Assembly: GCA_038042445.1 (NCBI GenBank)
Contig: JBBTED010000027.1
Location: 32,001 to 96,000, forward strand
Length of the DNA: 64,000 nucleotides
Direction of reading: 5' to 3'
DNA from: Candidatus Firestoneibacteriota bacterium
GTDB lineage: Bacteria > Oederibacteriota > D2-FULL-39-29 > JBBTED01
The notes beneath the pieces are model-generated. The model was given only the letters and a program-made list of their open reading frames with translations, was not told where the DNA came from and ran no database searches. Below, in pieces: positions 27,522-37,693 of the stretch (position 1 is the first letter of the stretch; each line of letters begins with the position of its first letter). The translations under genes were made by a program, and so were the position numbers.

Positions 27522-28264
27522 CAGCCGGCACTTGCTTTTTCAATTTTAACAGGAAAACAAATTATTTTAAAGCCGAAAGGTTTGGGAATCTTATCCAAAT
27601 TAGCAAGTTTTTCTATATGACAGTATTCAATTTTTTTCCCAACAAAATGTGCAGGAAATATAAAAGTATTATCTTTGGTTTTAAGAAAATCCTGCAACAT
27701 ATTAATTGCAGGTCTGTCAAAACCCCATGCATCTATCCCAAGTATTTTAACACCTTGTTTTAAAATATATTCTGTCCCTTCGGCACTCATTCCAGAATGT
27801 GCTGAAAAATAATTATCTTTTTCAAAATATTTGTCTGCACCTGTCATTATCAATACAATATCATAGGGCTTTATTTTATAGTTTATTTTATCTAATGCTT
27901 TTTGCACATCTATCTGCAAAATTGCATCACCTTGTTGTTTATGCCTAAAATCAAGAAGGACACCATCATTATAACACCATTCTAAAGGAATCTCATCAAC
28001 TGTTATTGCTTTTTTACCATTAATCTGCGAAGTAAAATGCCAAGGAGCATCAAGATGTGTTCCTGAATGTGTATCTAATATTATTTCTTCATTTGCAAGA
28101 CCTCTACCATCAGGAAAATCTTTTTCAGTTATTTGAGTTTTAAAAATATTACTCGCAGCAGCACTAAGATTTTTTGCACCCTCTATATGATTAAAATATT
28201 TTATTTTGGGTGACTCAGGCTCCGGTGTATTATTTTTAATAGGTAAACTCAAGTCAATAAGCAT
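27497..28264 (-). CDS. Cyclase-family metal-dependent protein (kynurenine formamidase/polyketide cyclase)
   Basis: HSGTHLDAPWHF, GIDAWGFD, HIEKLANL. Confidence 0.85.
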   Translation of the reverse strand: MLIDLSLPIKNNTPEPESPKIKYFNHIEGAKNLSAAASNIFKTQITEKDFPDGRGLANEEIILDTHSGTHLDAPWHFTSQINGKKAITVDEIPLEWCYNDGVLLDFRHKQQGDAILQIDVQKALDKINYKIKPYDIVLIMTGADKYFEKDNYFSAHSGMSAEGTEYILKQGVKILGIDAWGFDRPAINMLQDFLKTKDNTFIFPAHFVGKKIEYCHIEKLANLDKIPKPFGFKIICFPVKIEKASAGWCRVVAII

Positions 28265-28272
28265 TTTATTTT

Positions 28273-28677
28273 TTACAAATCTTTTTTATGAACCATAAAT
28301 GGTTTTTGACCTACAAACTCACCATTTGCAAATATCCTGAATGCATATTTGCCTGGCTCATTAAAAACTATGCCGTGCAAATTAAATACTAATTCATAAC
28401 TTGCCAGTTTATCAACTACATCAATTTCAGGTATTTCTGTCTTAGCAACAACTATATCTGTATCAAAATTAACGAATTCTAAAGCAAATTTATATATTCC
28501 CAATGCATCAGTAAATTTTACAAACACACTCAAAGATGGATGTGCGCAGGGAAAAGAAGATGCTGAGATATTTTCAAATAATCCAATTAAACTCTTCTTA
28601 TTTGTTCCAACTTCAGTAATTACTGTATCGCATATAAGCATTGCATTCAAATGCGGTTTTAGATTTGAAGTATTCAT
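28273..28677 (-). CDS. Hypothetical beta-sandwich protein (DUF6941-like)
   Basis: LICD.VI....NKKSLIGLF..I, F.EPGKY. Confidence 0.6.
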   Translation of the reverse strand: MNTSNLKPHLNAMLICDTVITEVGTNKKSLIGLFENISASSFPCAHPSLSVFVKFTDALGIYKFALEFVNFDTDIVVAKTEIPEIDVVDKLASYELVFNLHGIVFNEPGKYAFRIFANGEFVGQKPFMVHKKDL

Positions 28678-28709
28678 ATTTTTACCTTCTCACTACTGTT
28701 ACATTTAAA

Positions 28710-28848
28710 GTAACATTAGCCATTCTAAGAATATACATTATTATTGTAGCTGCAGAGCAAAGCTCTGCTAAAAACCAGCAAAGCTTTCGCTTTGCGGCTA
28801 CATAAACTATACAAAATCCATTAAATATTAGAATGGCTAACCTATTAC
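28710..28848 (+). mobile_element. 139-bp MITE copy 2, 8-bp TSD catttaaa
   Basis: Same TIRs and core as copy 1; empty-site analogue at about 30405-30455. Confidence 0.88.
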
Positions 28849-28895
28849 CATTTAAAAGACTTTGGTTCCCCGATTACTCGGGAATGACAGAATTT

Positions 28896-30383
28896 TTACT
28901 TTACAACTGCTGGAGTTGATTTTTGTATTATCTCTGCACCTTTTAGCACATCTATTGCTCGTAGGACAACAGGATCTTCAGACAAAGCAGTAACCTGCGC
29001 AGCATCGTCATTTTTCAATAAGCGAACAATTTCCATTTTAATAGAACGACTTATAAAAGATTTACCTTTTGATGCATCATCATCACTAATAGTATATCCA
29101 TTTGCCTTTGCAAAACTAATAAAATCCTGAATAATTTTTTCGCTAATTTTAATATCAACAGTAATATCTTTATGTTCTTCTATATATTTTTTTGCATAAT
29201 GGATAAAATGTTCATAGTATTGTAATTTCCATACAGATTCCGGTATAAATGGTTCATCTTCTACTAGAACATCCGGAGCTATTCCTTTTTCATGAATAAG
29301 TCTTCCACTTGGCGTATAATAATATGCAGTTGTAAGTTTTAACCCAGCTCCATTATTCATCGGATATATACTTTGCACAGAACCTTTGCCAAAAGTTTGG
29401 CTTCCTATTATTACTCCTCTTCCACTATCTTGTATTACACCTGTTACAATTTCAGAAGCACTTGCACTACCTTTATTAACCAATACAACCAATGGCTCAG
29501 GATGAGGTGCAGCACCACTATCTGCATAATAATTTCTGTTTTGTTCTTTAATTCTACCTTTTGTATAAACTATTAATTTACCATCACCAATAAATTTACA
29601 AGAAACATCAACTGCAGAAGAAAGTAATCCACCAGGATTACCACGTAAATCTAAAATTAATGCTTTAACTTTTGAAGTTTCTAAATCCTTTAATGCTTTT
29701 TCCAAATCTGCACTTGTTTTCTCCATAAAACTTCGGACACGAACATATCCAATATCGCCATTTAAAACATAAGACTGAACACTTATCATTTTAATTGTTT
29801 CTCTTGTAACTATAATATCAAATGGTTCTTTAACACTTTCACGTAATATTGTTATAGTAACTTGAGTCCCTCTTGGACCTCTTAATTTTTTTACAGCCTC
29901 GTTTATTGTAATATCTTTTGTAGTTTCTCCATTTATTTTTATTATTTTATCTCCTGATTTTACACCTGCTTTATACGCAGGAGTTCCTTCAATAGGAGAT
30001 ACTACAGTAAGCACATCACTTCGTATTGATATTTCTATTCCAAGTCCTTCAAAAGAACCACCTGTATCTGTTTGAAGCTCTTTATATTCCTCTGCATCCA
30101 TAAACTGGCTATGTGGATCAAGTGTAGAAACCATACCCTTAATTGCTCCCTGAATTAATTTTTGCGAATCAGCTTTGTCAACATCTACATAAGATTGCTG
30201 TATTTGTGAAAGAACATCTACAAACGGAACCATATCCTGATATGTCTTTTCTATAATTTCTCTTGGTTTATCCTGACCAATTGCACCAATTGAAAATCCA
30301 ACCAGAATAGCTAATATCCCTATACCACTCACTTTGTTCGGGTATAGGGCATGCCCTATTACTTTTAATATTCTTTTATACAT
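28896..30383 (-). CDS. ctpA: C-terminal processing protease, S41 family
   Basis: LDPHS, PDZ, DLRGNPGG, SASASEI, TFGKGSVQ. Confidence 0.92.
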   Translation of the reverse strand: MYKRILKVIGHALYPNKVSGIGILAILVGFSIGAIGQDKPREIIEKTYQDMVPFVDVLSQIQQSYVDVDKADSQKLIQGAIKGMVSTLDPHSQFMDAEEYKELQTDTGGSFEGLGIEISIRSDVLTVVSPIEGTPAYKAGVKSGDKIIKINGETTKDITINEAVKKLRGPRGTQVTITILRESVKEPFDIIVTRETIKMISVQSYVLNGDIGYVRVRSFMEKTSADLEKALKDLETSKVKALILDLRGNPGGLLSSAVDVSCKFIGDGKLIVYTKGRIKEQNRNYYADSGAAPHPEPLVVLVNKGSASASEIVTGVIQDSGRGVIIGSQTFGKGSVQSIYPMNNGAGLKLTTAYYYTPSGRLIHEKGIAPDVLVEDEPFIPESVWKLQYYEHFIHYAKKYIEEHKDITVDIKISEKIIQDFISFAKANGYTISDDDASKGKSFISRSIKMEIVRLLKNDDAAQVTALSEDPVVLRAIDVLKGAEIIQKSTPAVVK

Positions 30384-30468
30384 AAATTTCCTCCCTAATT
30401 AAACCTGTTGCATTTAAAAGACTCTGGATTCCCGATAGAAACATTCGGGAATGACAAAATACTATTTA

Positions 30469-31656
30469 TTATTTGTTTTTTAACCACTTAAGTGGATCCA
30501 ATGGAGTTCCTTGTTTTCTTATTTCAAAATATAATGCAGCTCCATATAACGAACTTGTATCACCTACTAAACCTATGCTTTTTCCAATTTCCACTCTTTC
30601 TCCAAGTGACACAGTTATTTCTGAAAGATGCCCGTAAATTGTATAATAATTTGCTCCATGGTCTAAGATAATCATTTTCCCATATCCCTTAAACCAATCA
30701 GCATATATTACTACACCTGTACTTACTGTATCTACTGATTGACCAATAGAAGACGATATTTCTATACCTTTATTAAAAACACTTATATTAAATTTTTTAT
30801 GCTTTTGCGAGCCAAAATTAGAAACAACCTTTCCCTTAACAGGCCACATAAGCTTACCTTTAGATTTTTCAAATCCGAGCTTAGCAAGGGTTTTTTGTTC
30901 TTCATAAGAACCAACTTGTGTTTCTAATTTCTTTACTAATGTTAATAATTCCTTACTTGCTTCCTCCAGTTCAGCTATTGCCTGCTGATATGCCTGTTTT
31001 TCTTTTCTTATTTTAACAAGCAAAACTTCTTTTCGTTTTTTCTCAACAGTTGCTTCGCTTTGCTTCTTTAAAGTTAATTCTTTAAGTATTTTATAACGTG
31101 CTTTTTTATATTCAAGTTCTCGTTTTTTATTCTCAATTTTTATTTTCTGATCTTCAACTTCTTTTTTCAACTCAGCAGTATTTTTTAATACATCCTGCAT
31201 AAACTTGTAACGATTTAAAAACTGACTGATAGTTTGTGAAGTTAAAAGTATTTCCCACCAATAAAGTTTTCCATGTTTATAAAGAACCCTTAATCTCTGA
31301 TGTAATTTTTTTCTAATTTTTGAAAGCTTATCATTTGCTTCTTGCAGTTCATTTTCTGTTATTTTTATTTTTTCTTCTGTTACAGTTAATTCAAGATTAT
31401 AAGTTGCTATTTGTTTTTCCAGAAAATCTATCTGCTTTTCTACTTTTTCTAATTCACCCAGTATTCCTTTTTCTTTTATTTCTGCTTGCTGTTTTTTTGT
31501 TTCTTCAGCTTCTATTTTTTTTTCAAGCTTATTGAAATTTTCTTTGGTTTTTTCTATTGACCCTTTATAATCATCTATTTTTTTATCAAGGTCAACAGCA
31601 AATACAAAAGGCACAGAAATAAAAATTGCAATTATTAAAGTTATTACATCCTTCAT
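30469..31656 (-). CDS. envC: Murein hydrolase activator EnvC-like (coiled coil + degenerate M23)
   Basis: Long coiled coil, WPVKG, YGH, LYFEIR; start ATG 31656 overlaps ftsX stop. Confidence 0.85.
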   Translation of the reverse strand: MKDVITLIIAIFISVPFVFAVDLDKKIDDYKGSIEKTKENFNKLEKKIEAEETKKQQAEIKEKGILGELEKVEKQIDFLEKQIATYNLELTVTEEKIKITENELQEANDKLSKIRKKLHQRLRVLYKHGKLYWWEILLTSQTISQFLNRYKFMQDVLKNTAELKKEVEDQKIKIENKKRELEYKKARYKILKELTLKKQSEATVEKKRKEVLLVKIRKEKQAYQQAIAELEEASKELLTLVKKLETQVGSYEEQKTLAKLGFEKSKGKLMWPVKGKVVSNFGSQKHKKFNISVFNKGIEISSSIGQSVDTVSTGVVIYADWFKGYGKMIILDHGANYYTIYGHLSEITVSLGERVEIGKSIGLVGDTSSLYGAALYFEIRKQGTPLDPLKWLKNK

Positions 31657-32531
31657 GCCTTGAGGAATCTTCCTATTGCTAATGAACTTCCTAAAATCCC
31701 AAGACCTGTTCCAAATCCAAGTATTATCCATACTATGGTTATATTAAAAACAAGTATTTTCATACCCAAAAAAGAATTGATTTCTTTTAATCCAAGTGAA
31801 CTTGCAATAAATAAAATTACTATAGCAGCAATACCACCAATTAACCCACTTAACATACCTTCAATAATAAATGGCAATCTTATAAACCAATTTGTAGCAC
31901 CTAAAAGCTTCATTGTTTTTATTTCTTCCCTGCGAGCATATAATGCAAGCCTTGTAGTATTTGCTACAATAAATACTGCAGATATAAATACCAATGCAGT
32001 AAGCACTAAAATTCCTGTTCTTGCTATTTGAGCAATATGTAAAATTTTTTCAACTTCATCTTTTAAATATTTAACTTCTTCTATTCCATAAACCTTTGAA
32101 AGTTCAGATGCTATTGCAGATAATTTGTTTGAATCACGATATTGAGGTTTTACTTTTAATTTAAAAGATGCTGGAAGTGGATTTGATTCTGCTGCATCAA
32201 AAAAACTCGCTAAAGCTTTATCTTTTTTAAATTCTTTAAGTGCAGCATCTTTTGACACAAATACATAAGACTCTATAGCTTCCATAGTTTTCATTTTGTC
32301 AATTATTGAGGTAATATCAATTTCATCTAAATCATCTTTTAAAAATACAACTATTTCAACTTTCGATTCCAATGCATTCATAGTTTTATTGGCATTGAGG
32401 ACAACCAACAAAAAAATACCTACTATAAGCAAAGTTATAAAAGCTGAACCAACACTTATAAGCTGTGCTTCGCTATGGCGTTTAAGATTTAATACTGCCT
32501 CATGAAATATGTAGATTAATTTATCAAACAT
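31653..32531 (-). CDS. ftsX: Cell division permease FtsX
   Basis: NPLPAS, RREEIKTMKLLGAT..IRLPF..EG. Confidence 0.92.
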   Translation of the reverse strand: MFDKLIYIFHEAVLNLKRHSEAQLISVGSAFITLLIVGIFLLVVLNANKTMNALESKVEIVVFLKDDLDEIDITSIIDKMKTMEAIESYVFVSKDAALKEFKKDKALASFFDAAESNPLPASFKLKVKPQYRDSNKLSAIASELSKVYGIEEVKYLKDEVEKILHIAQIARTGILVLTALVFISAVFIVANTTRLALYARREEIKTMKLLGATNWFIRLPFIIEGMLSGLIGGIAAIVILFIASSLGLKEINSFLGMKILVFNITIVWIILGFGTGLGILGSSLAIGRFLKA

Positions 32532-33183
32532 TTGTTATTATTTGCCCGGCTTTCAACTCAATAACTCTTCTTCCTGATTTTCTTGCAATTTCTCTATCCT
32601 GTGTAATTACTACAACTGTTCTTTTATGCAAACTGTCGAAGCAAAAAAGTTGTAATAATTCCCATGCTGAAGCTACTTCTAAATGAGAAAACGGTTCATC
32701 AATAAGTAATACTTCTGGCTCTGTACTTAAAGCTCTGGCAAATGCCAGTTTTTGCTTTTCACCTGCTGAAAGCTCTTTTGGCAAAAGGGAATATTTGTTT
32801 TCAAAGCCAAAAAGACTTAAAATCCTTGTAATTTTTTCTTTTCTCTGGGAATATGAAATACCAATAGCATGCAATACAAAACTTATGTTATCTTCAACTG
32901 TCCTATCAGGTAATAATTTCAAATCCTGAAATACTACTCCAAATTTACGTCGTATATAAGGAATTTCTTTGTCCGGCAAAGAATTTAAACTTGCACCACC
33001 AAACATTATAGTCCCGCCTGTAGGTGATTCGTCTTTAATTAAGAGTTTAAATATTGTAGTTTTTCCTGCACCTGCAGGACCTGTAATAAAAACTTCTTCG
33101 CCTTGTTTTATTGTAAATGTTAAATCCCTTACTGCCTCTACACCATTTGGATAAACCTTTGAAGTATGCAAAAATTCAATCAT
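32524..33183 (-). CDS. ftsE: Cell division ATP-binding protein FtsE
   Basis: GPAGAGKT, IPYIRRKFGVVFQD, LSAGE; adjacent to ftsX. Confidence 0.9.
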   Translation of the reverse strand: MIEFLHTSKVYPNGVEAVRDLTFTIKQGEEVFITGPAGAGKTTIFKLLIKDESPTGGTIMFGGASLNSLPDKEIPYIRRKFGVVFQDLKLLPDRTVEDNISFVLHAIGISYSQRKEKITRILSLFGFENKYSLLPKELSAGEKQKLAFARALSTEPEVLLIDEPFSHLEVASAWELLQLFCFDSLHKRTVVVITQDREIARKSGRRVIELKAGQIITNV

Positions 33184-33301
33184 AACTTATTCTATATTAC
33201 AAATGCGCATTTTGTCAAGTTTACAAAACTTATTTTGTATTGACAAAAACAGGCGATGGGTATTAAATTGTTTTAAGAAAATAATTAGAAAGGAGATATT
33301 T

Positions 33302-34105
33302 ATGTTTCAGCCAAAATTAGGGGTTTCACTTCATACCATTATGCTTCCTCTTGTTCCAGAATCATTGGAAGAAATCAGTAAATCCAGTATTGCTACATTA
33401 GAAATTAGTCCAAAACTTTTTGCGACAAAAGAACAACAACATTTATTAAAACAAATGTTGAGTAAAAATAAAATACGCGTAGCATCAATACATACATTGT
33501 TTGGAGGAATCTATGATTTTTCAATACTTGATGAAAATATGCATCAAAATGCAATAGCACAATTTGATATCTCTCTTAAATTAGCTATTGAATTAAATGC
33601 ACCACTTATTGTTCTTCACGCAAGCTCAGACACAGTTAAAACTGAAGAACGACAAAACCGTCTAAAACAAGCAAAAAAAGGGCTAAAAAAAATTGAAGAA
33701 CAATGTATTAAATTTAATAAGAAAATTGCTGTTGAAGTCCTTCCACGTACTTGTTTAGGGAATACAATAGAAGAACTATTAAAACTCATAGAAGGTCTTG
33801 ATGAACAAACCTTTGGTATATGTCTTGATACAAATCATCTGATGAGTGATTACCAAGATTTACCAAATAAAGTTAGAATGTTAAATAAAAAACTTATGAC
33901 TTTGCATCTTTCTGATTATGATGGAATTGATGAAAAACACCAAATTCCAGGCACAGGAGTTATCAACTGGAAATCATTTATGACTGCACTAAATAACATT
34001 GATTATAAAGGTCCATTTAATTATGAGTGTAAAATAGAAGGAGAAACAATAAGCAGCAAAATAAAATCTTTAGAAACAAATTTTAACTGGATATGCAATC
34101 TTTAA
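33302..34105 (+). CDS. Sugar phosphate isomerase/epimerase (TIM barrel)
   Basis: EVLPRT, DTNH, HLSDYDG.DE.H..PG.G; start 33302 after AGGAG. Confidence 0.82.
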   Translation: MFQPKLGVSLHTIMLPLVPESLEEISKSSIATLEISPKLFATKEQQHLLKQMLSKNKIRVASIHTLFGGIYDFSILDENMHQNAIAQFDISLKLAIELNAPLIVLHASSDTVKTEERQNRLKQAKKGLKKIEEQCIKFNKKIAVEVLPRTCLGNTIEELLKLIEGLDEQTFGICLDTNHLMSDYQDLPNKVRMLNKKLMTLHLSDYDGIDEKHQIPGTGVINWKSFMTALNNIDYKGPFNYECKIEGETISSKIKSLETNFNWICNL

Positions 34106-34106
34106 A

Positions 34107-34144
34107 AATCTCCCCTATCCCCTCTTTTACAAAGAGGGGGAAAT
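34107..34144. repeat. cccct..aagggg palindrome family, possible bidirectional terminator
   Basis: cccctcttttacaaagagggg; relatives at about 15682-15717 and 52545-52577. Confidence 0.55.
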
Positions 34145-34169
34145 CATTAAAATTCCCGAAGAATCAAAT

Positions 34170-34751
34170 CTACTTCCTACCATAAATTTTTGCTTCAGTT
34201 ATTATTTTTGTTACAGGTTCATCGAAAGGGAATACTGGTATTGAAGGTAAAATCTGGCAATCATAAGCAATAGCAATTTTTGGAATATGTTTTGAGGTTT
34301 TCTTAAAAAGATTGTCATAATATCCACCGCCATATCCTAATCTATTGCATTGCGAATCAAAAGCAACACCTGGACTTACAACAAAATCTATTTCATTAGG
34401 TTTAACAATATGCAAATTTTCATCTTTTGGTTCCATTATTCCATAAGTACCTTTAACAAGGTCAGTATCAACATTTTTAATTTCTGCTAATATTAATTCT
34501 TTTTTGTTTTTATCCACTTTTGGCAAAATAATTTTTTTTCCTGATTTTAAGGCACCTCTTATCATTTGTTCAGTCATAACTTCACTGCCATAAGTATAGA
34601 AAAACATAATTGTTTTCGCATTAACAAATTCAGGCAGAGCAAAAAGTTTGTTTTGAATTTCTGCACTTTTTGCAATGCGTTCTTTTTCAGATAAAGAATC
34701 GCGAAGTTTAATTATTTTTTTTCTAATTTCCTTTTTCAAATTCTGATTCAT
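34170..34751 (-). CDS. ygfA: 5-formyltetrahydrofolate cyclo-ligase
   Basis: YGIMEP, PGVAFD..NRLGYGGGYYD. Confidence 0.93.
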   Translation of the reverse strand: MNQNLKKEIRKKIIKLRDSLSEKERIAKSAEIQNKLFALPEFVNAKTIMFFYTYGSEVMTEQMIRGALKSGKKIILPKVDKNKKELILAEIKNVDTDLVKGTYGIMEPKDENLHIVKPNEIDFVVSPGVAFDSQCNRLGYGGGYYDNLFKKTSKHIPKIAIAYDCQILPSIPVFPFDEPVTKIITEAKIYGRK

Positions 34752-36021
34752 GTTTTTTAAGTTTCTCCAAATATTCTTTCATTTTTGACTCATATCCTCT
34801 ATTTTGAGGTTCATAATATTTTCTTTTTTCCGGAATATATTGCTGTTTTATATAACCTTCTTTATATGAATGTGGATATTTATATTCAATGCCATGCCCG
34901 AAATTTTTCGCACCTGAATAATTTGCATCTTTAAGATGTTTTGGAACTTGAAGTATCGGTTTTTTCTCTATATCATCTAATGCCTTATCTATTGCCACAT
35001 ATGCAGAATTGCTTTTTGGAGCACAGGCAATATAAATTGTTGCCTGTGCAAGTGGAATTCTTGCCTCAGGCATACCTATAACCTCAGAAACCTGTAAAGC
35101 AGCATTTGCAAGCATTAATGCTTGTGGGTCTGCCAAACCTACATCTTCCGCAGCGCATATTACAATTCTTCTTGCAACAAAACGTGGGTCTTCGCCACTA
35201 TGCAACATTTTTGCAAGCCAGTAAATTGCTGCATCTGGATCTGAACCTCTCATACTCTTGATAAATGCCGAAATTGTATCATAATGCGAATCCTCTGAAC
35301 TATCATAAATTATTGCTTTCTTTTGTATTGACTCTTCAGCAACTGCGAGTGTAAAATTTATTATTCCATTAGCATCTGGTAAAGTTGTTAGCACACCTAT
35401 TTCCAAACCATTTAATGATTTTCTTGCATCTCCATTTGAAGAATTTATCAAAAACTCAAGTGCTTTATCTTCAATTTTAACTTTATAGTTACCCAACCCA
35501 CGTTCTTTATCATCAAGAGCACGTATTAAAATAGTTTTTATATTCTCTGGTTTTAACGATTCAAACTGGAATATTTGAGAACGTGACAAAAGAGCAGAAT
35601 TTATTGAAAAATATGGATTCTGTGTAGTTGCACCTATTAGAATAATTATACCATTTTCAACATCAGGAAGAAGCGCATCCTGCTGAAGTTTGTTAAACCT
35701 ATGTATCTCGTCAATAAATAAAATTGTACGTTGTTTTAGAAGATTTATCTGATTTTTTGCAGCATCTACAACTTTTCTTATATCAGAAACCCCAGCAGTA
35801 ACTGCATTTAATTCTATAAAATGTGCAGATGTTTTATTTGCAATTACTCGTGCTAAAGCATTTTTCCCAGTTCCAGGGGGACCATATAATATAATAGAAG
35901 ATAATCTATCTGATTCTATTGCCCTTCTAAAAAGTTTACCGGAACCAAGTATATGTTCCTGTCCAACAAATTCAGAGATATCACGTGGACACAATCTTTT
36001 AGCAAGAGGTGTATTAACCAT
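34723..36021 (-). CDS. rarA: Replication-associated recombination protein A
   Basis: YGPPGTGK, DEIHRFNKLQQD, SAFIKSMRGSDPDA. Confidence 0.95.
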   Translation of the reverse strand: MVNTPLAKRLCPRDISEFVGQEHILGSGKLFRRAIESDRLSSIILYGPPGTGKNALARVIANKTSAHFIELNAVTAGVSDIRKVVDAAKNQINLLKQRTILFIDEIHRFNKLQQDALLPDVENGIIILIGATTQNPYFSINSALLSRSQIFQFESLKPENIKTILIRALDDKERGLGNYKVKIEDKALEFLINSSNGDARKSLNGLEIGVLTTLPDANGIINFTLAVAEESIQKKAIIYDSSEDSHYDTISAFIKSMRGSDPDAAIYWLAKMLHSGEDPRFVARRIVICAAEDVGLADPQALMLANAALQVSEVIGMPEARIPLAQATIYIACAPKSNSAYVAIDKALDDIEKKPILQVPKHLKDANYSGAKNFGHGIEYKYPHSYKEGYIKQQYIPEKRKYYEPQNRGYESKMKEYLEKLKKHESEFEKGN

Positions 36022-36072
36022 ATTTCATTAATTAACATATATTAAAAAACCCAAAATGTAAAATGAAAAATA

Positions 36073-36213
36073 ATAATAGGTTAGCCATTCTAAGATTTAA
36101 TGGATTTTGTATGATTTATGTAGCCGCAAAGCGAAAGCTTTGCTGTTTTTTAGCAGAGCTTTGCTCTGCAGCTACAATAATAACGTCTATTTTTAGAATG
36201 GCTAATCTGTTAC
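36073..36213 (-). mobile_element. 141-bp MITE copy 3 (inverted), 8-bp TSD gaaaaata
   Basis: Reverse complement of copies 1 and 2, flanked by gaaaaata on both sides. Confidence 0.88.
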
Positions 36214-36241
36214 GAAAAATATGGATAAATTTTATGCCAAT

Positions 36242-37576
36242 CTAATCTATTTTAAAAGATTTAAACTGTGGTAGATAATTTTTGTTTTTCTGTAGCATTT
36301 CACTTACCATTTTCTTAATCTCTCTTAATGACAAAACAGAAGCAGTAAGTGGATCATACATTACTGATTGAAATAGTAATCTCGCATCTCCTGTTAGTGC
36401 AGCTTCAACTGCCATTTCTTCAACTGCTACACTTATGTTATTGAGTGCAGCACATTGTGGAGGAATTGCACCTACATGAATAGCATTAAACCCACGTTTA
36501 TTTGCTACAACAGGAACTTCTACACATACATCATCAGGCAAATTTGTAATAATACCTGTATTTGGAACATTTCCGTTAAATTCAAATGCTTCACCACCCA
36601 TTACAGCATTAATAATAAATGCTGCATATTCATGTCCCCTTTCTAATTCCATTGGTGCGCCTTTTTCAAACCAATCCTTTATTTCTTTTTTCCAATGTTT
36701 TTCTCGTCCCAAATATTCTTTTAAAATATACGCGTATTCTCCTGGATTCCAGCCTGTACCGTGAATACAATACTTTTTTATAAGATCAGGACGTTTGCGA
36801 AACCACCAGTTGTATTCAGAATTATGTCCACTTGATTCAGTTACATAATAATCCATATGCAAAAACATTTCATTTCGGACAAGTTCCTCCTGATATATTT
36901 TTTTATCTGTTGTTATGGCTTTGCGAATTAAAGGATAAACATCTTTTCCATTTCTTTTGAATTCAATATACCAAGATTGATGATTTATTCCAGCACATAC
37001 ATACGTAATTTCTTCCATAGGAGCGTTAATCCATTTTGCCAACATTTTTGCAGTTCCCTGAACACTATGGCAAAGACCTGTTAATTTAAGAAATGATTTT
37101 TTCTGCATTGCTCTGCATAACATTGCCATAGGATTTGTATAATTTAACAAAATTGCATTTGGAGCATATTTCTCTATATCTTTGCATATATCAAGCATTA
37201 CAGGTATAGTGCGAAGTGCTCTAAAAATACCTGCAACACCTCTTGTATCTCCAATATTAAAATCTACACCATATTTCTTGGGAATTTCAATATCATATTT
37301 CCAAACCTGCACACCTCCAGCTAAAATAGTAACTATTACAGCATCTGCTCCTTTTTTTAATGCTTCTTTTCTATCCAAAGTAGCTTCAATTTTAGCTGGA
37401 TACTTTCCTCTATCAATAATGCTTTGAACAGATTTTCTTGAAAATTCAAGTCTGTCTTTATCTATATCCATAAGAACTAATGTTGAATTTTTAAGTAGTG
37501 GGAATGTCAATATATCCCTAATTAAATTACGTGTAAAACCCAGACTTCCTGCACCAATAAACACAATTCTTGCCAT
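36242..37576 (-). CDS. melA: GH4 alpha-galactosidase
   Basis: [35 protein letters not shown]. Confidence 0.9.
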   Translation of the reverse strand: MARIVFIGAGSLGFTRNLIRDILTFPLLKNSTLVLMDIDKDRLEFSRKSVQSIIDRGKYPAKIEATLDRKEALKKGADAVIVTILAGGVQVWKYDIEIPKKYGVDFNIGDTRGVAGIFRALRTIPVMLDICKDIEKYAPNAILLNYTNPMAMLCRAMQKKSFLKLTGLCHSVQGTAKMLAKWINAPMEEITYVCAGINHQSWYIEFKRNGKDVYPLIRKAITTDKKIYQEELVRNEMFLHMDYYVTESSGHNSEYNWWFRKRPDLIKKYCIHGTGWNPGEYAYILKEYLGREKHWKKEIKDWFEKGAPMELERGHEYAAFIINAVMGGEAFEFNGNVPNTGIITNLPDDVCVEVPVVANKRGFNAIHVGAIPPQCAALNNISVAVEEMAVEAALTGDARLLFQSVMYDPLTASVLSLREIKKMVSEMLQKNKNYLPQFKSFKID

Positions 37577-37693
37577 AATTTACTACCCCCTTTGTGTTAA
37601 TAATTACCTACTCATTATTGGGCGAGTAAACTCGCCCCTACACAACAGAATTATACCATATTTGAAAAGTTTGGCTTCTGATATATTGCGATT

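Noticed and set aside
36063..36245. 60-aa ORF
   Set aside because: Nearly all within MITE copy 3
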